Assembly: GCA_963779625.1 (NCBI GenBank)
Contig: CAVZYU010000005.1
Span: 564,373 to 628,372, forward strand
Length of the DNA: 64,000 nt
Origin: an uncultured Actinomycetes bacterium
GTDB taxonomy: Bacteria > Actinomycetota > Thermoleophilia > Solirubrobacterales > Solirubrobacteraceae
Direction of reading: 5' to 3'
The position numbers and the translations under genes were made by a program. Numbering within the stretch: position 1 is the stretch's first letter; the number at the start of each line of letters is the position of its first letter. Below are positions 24,199 through 30,770 of this stretch, in pieces. Under the pieces are notes generated by a model. The model saw only the letters and a program-made list of their open reading frames with translations. It made no database searches and was not told the origin of the DNA.

Positions 24199-25662
24199 TC
24201 AGTCGCCGTCGTCGCTCAGGGGCAACACGACCTCGAAGCGCGCGCCGCCGCCGTCGGCGTCGGCAGCCGTCGCCCGCCCGCCGTGGGCGTGCACGATCCC
24301 GGCGACGATCGCGAGCCCGAGGCCCGCTCCGGCGCGCCCGCGCCCGCGCCCCGGATCGGCGCGCCAGAAGCGGTCGAAGAGCTCGCTGGGATCCGTCGTC
24401 GGCAGGCCCGGGCCGTGGTCGCGCACCGCGAGCGTCGCCTCGCGGCCGCTCGTCGCCAGCGAGACCTCGATCGGCGTCCCCGCGGGCGTGTGCACGAGCG
24501 CGTTGCGCACGAGGTTGGCGAGCACCTGGCGCAGCTGGTGCGGGTCGCCGTCGACGACGACCGCGCCGTTGCCCGCGCCGAGCAGCTCGATCTCGCGCCC
24601 GGGCGCGACCGCGCGCGCGTCGCCGACGGCGTCGGCGGCGAGCTCGCCGAGGTCCACGGGCTCGCGGTGCGCGTCGCGGACCTCGTCGAGACGCGCGAGC
24701 GCGAGCAGATCCTCGACGAGCACGCCCATCCGCGCGGCCTCGTCCTCGATGCGGGTCATCGCCTTCTCGACGTCCGGGCCCTCGCGCGCGGCGCCGATGC
24801 GAAACAGCTCGGCGTAGCCGCGGATCGACGCCAGCGGGGTGCGCAGCTCATGCGACGCGTCGGCGAGGAAGCGCCGCAGGCGCTCCTCGCTCGCGCGGCG
24901 CTCGGCGAACGCCTGCTCCAGCCGCGCGAGCATCGCGTTGAGCGACAGGCCCAGGCGCCCCACCTCCGTTCGCGGCTCGGCGCGCTCGACGCGCCGGGAG
25001 AGGTCGCCGGCGGCGATCGCGCCCGCGGTCGCGCTGATGCGGTCCAGCGGGCGCAGGCCGAGCCGCACGAGCCACCACCCCGCGGCCGCGAGCGCCGCCA
25101 GGACGCCGCCGATCACGAGGGCCTCGACCACGAGCAGCCGCTCGAGCGTCGCCTCGATGTCGGTGAACGGGACGGCGACGACCGTCATCCGGCCGGCGTC
25201 CCCGGAGGCGACCGCCGCGTAGACGCGGTAGCGCAGCTCCGACGAGCCCACGGCGTCGACGGTGGTCCGATCGCCGGCCGAGAGGCTCGCCGGCAGCTTC
25301 GGAGCCGCGGGCTCCGTCTCGCCCTGCGGCAGTCCGAGAACGCCGCTTCCGATCACCGCGCCCGACGCGTCGCGCTGCTGGGCATAGGTCCCGGCGGGGG
25401 CGAGGTTTACGCCGCCGGGAGGCCCGCCCGGCCGGTGCTCGTCGCGCTCGTGGGTGTCGCTGCCGGACGGGGGCCCGCCGGCACCGACGCCGCCCGTGCG
25501 CTCGAATTGCCGCTCGGCCTGGCCGACCGCGGCGGTCGCCTGCTCGTCGATGCGGTGCAGCTCGAAGGAGCGCAGCGCGGCGTAGGTCGCCGCCCCGAGC
25601 ACGAGCAGGCCGACGCCCGCCAGCAGCACGAGCGTGAGGATGAGCCGCGCGCGCAGCGACAT
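24199..25662 (-). CDS. Sensor histidine kinase (2 TM, HAMP, HisKA, HATPase_c)
   Basis: H-box FLADASHELRTPLASIRGYAEL, N-box LRQVLANLVRNALVHT, G-boxes DHGPGL and GAGLGLAIV. Confidence 0.92.
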   Translation of the reverse strand: MSLRARLILTLVLLAGVGLLVLGAATYAALRSFELHRIDEQATAAVGQAERQFERTGGVGAGGPPSGSDTHERDEHRPGGPPGGVNLAPAGTYAQQRDASGAVIGSGVLGLPQGETEPAAPKLPASLSAGDRTTVDAVGSSELRYRVYAAVASGDAGRMTVVAVPFTDIEATLERLLVVEALVIGGVLAALAAAGWWLVRLGLRPLDRISATAGAIAAGDLSRRVERAEPRTEVGRLGLSLNAMLARLEQAFAERRASEERLRRFLADASHELRTPLASIRGYAELFRIGAAREGPDVEKAMTRIEDEAARMGVLVEDLLALARLDEVRDAHREPVDLGELAADAVGDARAVAPGREIELLGAGNGAVVVDGDPHQLRQVLANLVRNALVHTPAGTPIEVSLATSGREATLAVRDHGPGLPTTDPSELFDRFWRADPGRGRGRAGAGLGLAIVAGIVHAHGGRATAADADGGGARFEVVLPLSDDGD

Positions 25663-25674
25663 CAGCGGTTCGCC

Positions 25675-26385
25675 TCAGCTCCGCGGCAGGCGCAGCGCGT
25701 AGCCGACCCCGCGCACGGTCTGGATGAGCGGAGGCCCGTGGGGGTCGAGCTTCTTGCGCAGGTAGCTGACGTAGGTCTCGAGGATCCGCGAGTCCCCGTC
25801 GAAGTCGTACTCCCAGACGTGGTCGAGCAGCTGGGCGCGGGTGAGCACGCGGCGCGGGTTGAGCAGCAGGTAGCGCAGCAGGCGGTACTCCGTGGCGGTC
25901 AGCTCGACCGGCGCGCCGGCGCGGCTGACCTCGTGCGTGTCCTCGTCGAGCTCGAGATCCTCGAAGGTCATGCGGCTGGATGACGGCTGCGCCAGGCCGG
26001 TGCGCCGCAGGATGACGCGGATGCGCGCGACGAGCTCCTCGAGGCTGAACGGCTTGGTGACGTAGTCGTCGCCGCCGCTCGTCAGCCCCCGGACCTTGTC
26101 CTGGGTCGCGTCGCGGGCGGTGAGGAAGATGATCGGCAGCTGCGCGCGCTGGGCGCCGAGGCGCTCGGCGACCTCGAAGCCCTCCATGTCGGGCAGCATG
26201 ACGTCGAGCAGGAGCAGGTGCGGGTCGAACGCGCGGACGGCCGCGATCGCGTCACGGCCGTTGGCCGCCGACTCGACCTCGAAGCCCTGGAAGCGCAGCG
26301 CCATCGACACGACGTCGACGATGTTCGGCTCGTCATCGACGACGAGGATGCGGTGCTGCTCCTCGGATGGCTGCGGTGACTGCAC
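25675..26385 (-). CDS. OmpR/PhoB-family response regulator
   Basis: ILVVDDEPNI...LLLLDVMLPDMEGF receiver domain and a C-terminal winged helix (LTATEYRLLRYLLLNPRRVLTRAQLLDHVW). GTG start. Confidence 0.93.
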   Translation of the reverse strand: MQSPQPSEEQHRILVVDDEPNIVDVVSMALRFQGFEVESAANGRDAIAAVRAFDPHLLLLDVMLPDMEGFEVAERLGAQRAQLPIIFLTARDATQDKVRGLTSGGDDYVTKPFSLEELVARIRVILRRTGLAQPSSSRMTFEDLELDEDTHEVSRAGAPVELTATEYRLLRYLLLNPRRVLTRAQLLDHVWEYDFDGDSRILETYVSYLRKKLDPHGPPLIQTVRGVGYALRLPRS

Positions 26386-26433
26386 GCGACCATTGTCGTC
26401 GCGAAGCCTGGGAAGTTGCTGAGAGCGCGCCGC

Positions 26434-26462
26434 GCCTCCGCCGGGACCGACCCGGCGGAGGC
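26434..26462 (-). terminator. Perfect 12-bp-stem hairpin between the LTXXQ gene and the response-regulator gene; candidate intra-operon attenuator/terminator
   Basis: GCCTCCGCCGGG-accga-CCCGGCGGAGGC, starting 11 nt after the LTXXQ stop on the minus strand. No U-tract. Confidence 0.5.
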
Positions 26463-26472
26463 TCTGTGGCGA

Positions 26473-27210
26473 TCAGCTGAAGACGCCGTCCCCGGGGGTG
26501 AGGGCCGGTGCCTCGCTGGTGTCGGGCTCGAAGCTGCCAGGCCTCAGGTCGGGGCCGGGCGCGCCGCCGCGGTGACCACGGTGACCGAACACCGGGCCGG
26601 CCTCGCCGAGGTGCTCCAGCGCCTCGTCGAGATGGGCCAGGAGGTCGTCGGCCTGCGCCTGCGTGATGTCGCCGTCCTTGACGGCCTTGTCGGCCGCCGT
26701 CTTGGCGTCCGCCTTCAGGGAGGAGCGCACGTCGTCGAGCGACTTGCCCTGCGCCTTGGCGATGTCGGCGATGCTCTTGCCGTCGCGCAGCTGCGTCTTG
26801 AGCTGCTCGCGGGTGACGCCGAGCGCCTTCGCGAGATCCGGGAAGATCGCGCCGGCCGGGCCGTGGTGTGGCCCGAAGCCGCGGCCGAAGCGATGCCCGC
26901 CGCCGCCGAGCCTGCCGGGGCCGCCGCCGAGGACGCGCCCGGACTGCTTGCGCCGGGCCTTGATCGCGTCGGCCTGCTTCTGCGTGAGCTTGCCGTCCTT
27001 GACGGCCTGGTCGATCTGCGCGTCCTGCGCCTGCGACAGCGCGTCGCGCAGCTGGTCGGGCGTCACGTCGAGGCGCTTGGCGGCGTCGTCGAGGACAGCC
27101 TGCTCGGCCTTCCTGCCGTCGTCCTTCGTCACGGCGGCGATCGCCACGCCGGTGCCTCCGGCGAGCAGTGCGCCCGTCAGGGCGAGCGCTGCGATCCTTC
27201 GTGCACTCAT
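26473..27210 (-). CDS. Secreted LTXXQ-motif (CpxP/Spy/ZraP-like) protein, internally duplicated, with Gly/His/Arg-rich segments
   Basis: Signal peptide. Four [LVI]TxxQ motifs (VTPDQL, LTQKQA, VTREQL, ITQAQA). AVKDGKLTQKQAD versus AVKDGDITQAQAD shows the duplication. His-rich segments GGGGHRFGRGFGPHHGP and FGHRGHRGG. Confidence 0.7.
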   Translation of the reverse strand: MSARRIAALALTGALLAGGTGVAIAAVTKDDGRKAEQAVLDDAAKRLDVTPDQLRDALSQAQDAQIDQAVKDGKLTQKQADAIKARRKQSGRVLGGGPGRLGGGGHRFGRGFGPHHGPAGAIFPDLAKALGVTREQLKTQLRDGKSIADIAKAQGKSLDDVRSSLKADAKTAADKAVKDGDITQAQADDLLAHLDEALEHLGEAGPVFGHRGHRGGAPGPDLRPGSFEPDTSEAPALTPGDGVFS

Positions 27211-27326
27211 CGGGTCCTTTCGGTCGGGGCGGGGTGAGAGGACGACCTTGTCACCGCCGCGTAAGAGCCACGTACGAATCGCCTGCTCTTAAGCCGGCGT
27301 TGAGGCCGACCCGCTGGACTGGCTGC

Positions 27327-27713
27327 ATGGTCCGCCTCGCGATCGCCGACGACCTCCCCGCCACCTCGGCGCTCGAGGTGCCGCCCGCGGGCGACAGCCT
27401 TCGCAGCGGCGCCTCCCTCGGCGACCTCGCGCCGGCCCGCTACCTCGTCGCCGACGACGGCGCGGCGCTGGCGCTCGGCGACGCGGTCTCGCACGTCGGG
27501 CGCGGCATGACCGCCGACGTGCGCCTCGACGACCACACCGTCTCCGCGCGCCACGCGATCGTCGTCGCGCGCGCCGGCGGGACCCGGATCCTCGACGACC
27601 GCAGCACGAACGGCACCGTCGTCAACGGCCGCCGCATCGACGAGACCGAGCTGCACGACGGCGACGTCGTCGTCCTCGGCCGCGTCGTGCTGACGTACCG
27701 CGACCTGCGCTAG
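27327..27713 (+). CDS. FHA-domain protein (128 aa)
   Basis: GRGMTADVRLDDHTVSARHAIVV...ILDDRSTNGTVVNGRRI...LHDGDVVVLG is a canonical FHA core. Confidence 0.85.
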   Translation: MVRLAIADDLPATSALEVPPAGDSLRSGASLGDLAPARYLVADDGAALALGDAVSHVGRGMTADVRLDDHTVSARHAIVVARAGGTRILDDRSTNGTVVNGRRIDETELHDGDVVVLGRVVLTYRDLR

Positions 27714-28087
27714 CGGGTCTCCAGGGACTTCGCCGCGTCCGGATGCGCCTGCAGGATCTCCTCGCCGGCCTCGCCGGTGCGGACGCGGTAGGCCTCCTCG
27801 ACGTGGACGACGAAGACCTTGCCGTCGCCGACACCGCCGGTGCGGGCGTGCTTGAGGATCGAGTCGGTGACGGTCCGCACGTCGCCGTCGGCGACGACGC
27901 ACTCGATCTTGACCTTCGGGCGCAGGTAGTTCGTCAGCTCGGCGCCGCGGTAGCGCTCGGTGATGCCCTTCTGGCGGCCGGACCCCTTGACCTCGCTGAC
28001 CGACAGCGACGGAAAGCCCTTCACCAGCAGGTCGGCCCGGATCGGCTCGAACGCCTCGTGGCGGATGTAGGCAATCACCATCTTCAT
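27710..28087 (-). CDS. glnK: P-II nitrogen regulatory protein (canonical T-loop), downstream of amt
   Basis: EVKGSGRQKGITERYRGAE T-loop with Tyr51, and TGGVGDGKVFV. GAGGTGA RBS 6 nt upstream of the ATG. Confidence 0.88.
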   Translation of the reverse strand: MKMVIAYIRHEAFEPIRADLLVKGFPSLSVSEVKGSGRQKGITERYRGAELTNYLRPKVKIECVVADGDVRTVTDSILKHARTGGVGDGKVFVVHVEEAYRVRTGEAGEEILQAHPDAAKSLETR

Positions 28088-28129
28088 GCGGTCACCTCAA
28101 GGTCGACGACAGGCCATGTCCCCGCGAAG

Positions 28130-29434
28130 CTACACCGGTTCGCCGACGCGCACGAACTCCTCGGTGCCGATCTCCGGGCGGATGAGCAGCGCGCCCTCGC
28201 CGGTGGCGTACGCCTCCTCGCCGTGATGGACGACGTCCATCCCGACAGCCTCCTCGTGCGCGTCGCCGCGCAGCGGCGTCAGCGCCCCGATGAGGCGCAG
28301 CAGGCCGTACGTCGCGCCGAACGCGTAGACCGGCGCGGCGAGCCCGGCGACGAGCTGCGAGCCGAGCTGGCCGGCGTCACCGAAGAACAGGCCGTCGGCG
28401 GTGCCGTTCCACGACAGCTGGGCGAAGAAGCCGATGAAGACGATGCCGGTGAACCCCGCGATGCCGTGCGCGGCGAGCACGTCGAGCGTCTCGTCGACGC
28501 GCGTGCGGGTGCGCCACACGATGACGAAGTAGCTCGGCACGGCGACGACCGCGCCCAGCACCATCGCCCACGCCGGGCTGATGAAGCCGCCCGCGGGCGT
28601 GATCCCGACGCAGCCCACGACGATCGCCGTCGCGGCGCCGATCGCCGTCACCGTGCGCCCGCGGATGAGGTCGAGGAGAAACCAGACGGCGAGCGTGCAG
28701 GCCGGCGTCAGCAGCGTGTTCGTGAACGCCAGCACGCTCGGGTTCCCGGTCGAGAAGCCGCTGCCGCCGTTGAAGCCGAACCAGCCGAACCACAGCAGGC
28801 CGGCACCCAGCAGGACGTACATCGCGTTGTGGGGCAGCAGCGCCTGGCGCCCGTAGTCCTTGCGCGCGCCGACGACGAGCGCGGCGGCGAGCGCCGAGAA
28901 GCCCGAGCCCATCTCGACCGGGACGCCGCCGGCGAAGTCCAGCGTTCCCTGCGCCTGCAGCCAGCCGCCCCCGAAGGCCCAGTGCGCGAGCACCGCGTAG
29001 ACGAGCACCGACCACAGCGCGGCGAAGAGCAGAAACGGGCCGAAGCGCATGCGCTCGACGACGGCGCCGGAGACGAGCGCGGTCGTGATGATGCAGAACG
29101 TCGCCTGGAAGGCGAAGAACACGAGGTGCGGGATCGTCGTGCCCTCGCGTGGCTCGAAGCCGACGCCGTTGAGCAGGGCGTGGCCGAGGCCGCCGATGAT
29201 GGGAGCGTCGCCGTCGAAGGCGATCGAGTAGCCGACGAGCGCCCACGTGACGGTCGCGACCGCGATCGCGCCGACGCACATCATGAAGGTGTTCAGCGTG
29301 TTCTTCGAACGCACGAGGCCGGCGTAGAAGAGGCCGAGCGCGGGCGTCATCATGAGCACGAGCGCGGTCGCGCAGAGCATCCATGCCGTGTCGCCGGTGT
29401 CGACGGCGGAGGCCGCGGCCAGGAGCGCGCTCAT
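28130..29434 (-). CDS. amt: Ammonium transporter (Amt family)
   Basis: DTAWMLCATALVLMMTP.LGLFYAGLVR, FQATFCIITTALVSGAVVERM, LDFAGGVPVEMGSGFSALA and LDVLAAHGIAGFTG are Amt signatures. In frame with the 3' part of track ORF 28130..30394. Confidence 0.92.
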   Translation of the reverse strand: MSALLAAASAVDTGDTAWMLCATALVLMMTPALGLFYAGLVRSKNTLNTFMMCVGAIAVATVTWALVGYSIAFDGDAPIIGGLGHALLNGVGFEPREGTTIPHLVFFAFQATFCIITTALVSGAVVERMRFGPFLLFAALWSVLVYAVLAHWAFGGGWLQAQGTLDFAGGVPVEMGSGFSALAAALVVGARKDYGRQALLPHNAMYVLLGAGLLWFGWFGFNGGSGFSTGNPSVLAFTNTLLTPACTLAVWFLLDLIRGRTVTAIGAATAIVVGCVGITPAGGFISPAWAMVLGAVVAVPSYFVIVWRTRTRVDETLDVLAAHGIAGFTGIVFIGFFAQLSWNGTADGLFFGDAGQLGSQLVAGLAAPVYAFGATYGLLRLIGALTPLRGDAHEEAVGMDVVHHGEEAYATGEGALLIRPEIGTEEFVRVGEPV

Positions 29435-29784
29435 CGCAGGACCGGCGTGACGGCGCCGTGGTCGGACTCGCCGGTGCGGATGCGCACCGCACGCTCGAGC
29501 GGGAGGACGAAGATCTTGCCGTCGCCGACCTCGCCGGTGCGGGCGCCCTCGCAGAGCGCGCCGATCGTCGCGTCGACGAACTCCTCGGACACGGCGACCT
29601 CGAAGCGGACCTTCTCCGAGAGGCCCATCTGCACCCGGGTACCGCGGTAGGTCTCGACACGGTCGAGCTCCCCGCCGTGGCCCTGGACCCGGCTCAGCGA
29701 GAAGCCCCGCACCTCGGCGCGGTAGAGCGCCTCGAGCACGTCGTTGACCTTGTCCGGGCGCACGATCCCGATGACGAGCTTCAC
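29431..29784 (-). CDS. Divergent P-II family protein upstream of amt (T-loop GHGGELDRVETYRG)
   Basis: VKLVIGIVRPDKVNDVLEAL...TGEVGDGKIFVLPLERAVRIRTGE. GTG start with a GGAGAGG RBS. Its TGA stop overlaps the amt ATG (ATGA). Confidence 0.8.
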   Translation of the reverse strand: MKLVIGIVRPDKVNDVLEALYRAEVRGFSLSRVQGHGGELDRVETYRGTRVQMGLSEKVRFEVAVSEEFVDATIGALCEGARTGEVGDGKIFVLPLERAVRIRTGESDHGAVTPVLR

Positions 29785-29841
29785 AGTCCTCTCCCCCTTG
29801 ACTCGATGCGCTTGAGGCTGCTCGCAGACGAGGGGCGGGGT

Positions 29842-29861
29842 CTTTGTCCGCGTGGACAAAG
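29842..29861. promoter_or_regulatory. 20-bp perfect palindrome CTTTGTCC-gcgt-GGACAAAG upstream of the P-II/amt/P-II operon; candidate operator
   Basis: Lies 58..77 nt upstream of the GTG at 29784. A related TTGTACAAAG half-palindrome sits at 29885..29894. Confidence 0.5.
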
Positions 29862-29868
29862 TTCGGCG

Positions 29869-29884
29869 CCGGGCTATGGCCCGG
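29869..29884 (-). terminator. Short hairpin CCGGGC-tatg-GCCCGG just after the yihY-like gene stop
   Basis: 6-bp GC stem located 12 nt downstream of the stop at 29896..29898 on the minus strand. Confidence 0.35.
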
Positions 29885-29895
29885 TTGTACAAAGA

Positions 29896-30747
29896 TCAGC
29901 CCGGCGGCCTGGACCGGGTGTCGGAGTGGCGCGACCACTCGGACGCGAACTCGGCGCCGAAGACGACGACGTTGGCGGCGGCGTACACGAAGATCAGCAG
30001 CGCCATCGCCGCGCCGAGCGAGCCGTAGATCGCGCCGAAGTCGGCGAGCTGGTCGAAGTAGAGCTCGAGGGCGAGCTTCACGAGCGCGAGCCCGAGCGCG
30101 CCCACGACCGCGCCGGGCCAGATGTCCCGCAGCGGCTCGCGGCGCATCGGCAGCACGCGGTAGAGGACGAGCAGCGCGAGGGCGACGAAGACGATCGGCA
30201 AAACCGCCCCGGCGGCGTCCACGAGCGCCGCGGCGACCCGCCCCGCGAGCGCCGCCTTGTCGTCGACGGCATCCGACACACGGTGCGTCACCGTGAGCGA
30301 CAGGCTCAGCGCGAGGATCGACGTGCCGCCGAGCACGAGCACGAGGTCCAGCGCCTTGCGCTTGAGCAGCGGCGGGCGCTCGTGGATGTCCCACGCCTCG
30401 TTGATCGAGTGGCGCAGCGCCGCCATCACGCCGCTGGCGGCGAAGATCAGCAGCAGCGTGCTGACGATCCCGAGGCTGCCCGCGCGGTCGAGCGCGTCGC
30501 CCACGGAGCGCTCCAGTCGCGGCCGGTCGCCGCTGCTTGCGAGCGGCAGGTTGTCGAAGACGGTGTCGATGATGCGATCGCGAACCTCCGTGTCATCGAA
30601 GACGAGCCCGAACGACGCCGCCAGCAGGAGCACGAGCGGGATGAACGAGAGGATCGCGAAGAAGCTGATCTGCGCCGCCGAGCGGTGCCCGCGGTCCTCG
30701 ACGAACTCCAGGAGGGCGCGCCGGGTGACCGCGATGATGCGCCGCAC
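29896..30747 (-). CDS. YihY/BrkB family membrane protein
   Basis: AAQISFFAILSFIPLVLLL..., multiple TM helices and a C-terminal GAIYGSLGAAMALLIFVYAAANVVVFGAEF motif. Confidence 0.85.
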   Translation of the reverse strand: MRRIIAVTRRALLEFVEDRGHRSAAQISFFAILSFIPLVLLLAASFGLVFDDTEVRDRIIDTVFDNLPLASSGDRPRLERSVGDALDRAGSLGIVSTLLLIFAASGVMAALRHSINEAWDIHERPPLLKRKALDLVLVLGGTSILALSLSLTVTHRVSDAVDDKAALAGRVAAALVDAAGAVLPIVFVALALLVLYRVLPMRREPLRDIWPGAVVGALGLALVKLALELYFDQLADFGAIYGSLGAAMALLIFVYAAANVVVFGAEFASEWSRHSDTRSRPPG

Positions 30748-30770
30748 GCGCGCACCCTATGCGGGCGCCG

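Noticed and set aside
28130-30394. 754-aa ORF treated as a single gene
   Set aside because: Only the 3' 434 codons (from the ATG at 29434) are the ammonium transporter. Upstream the same frame runs across the P-II gene and the yihY-like gene in wrong frames.
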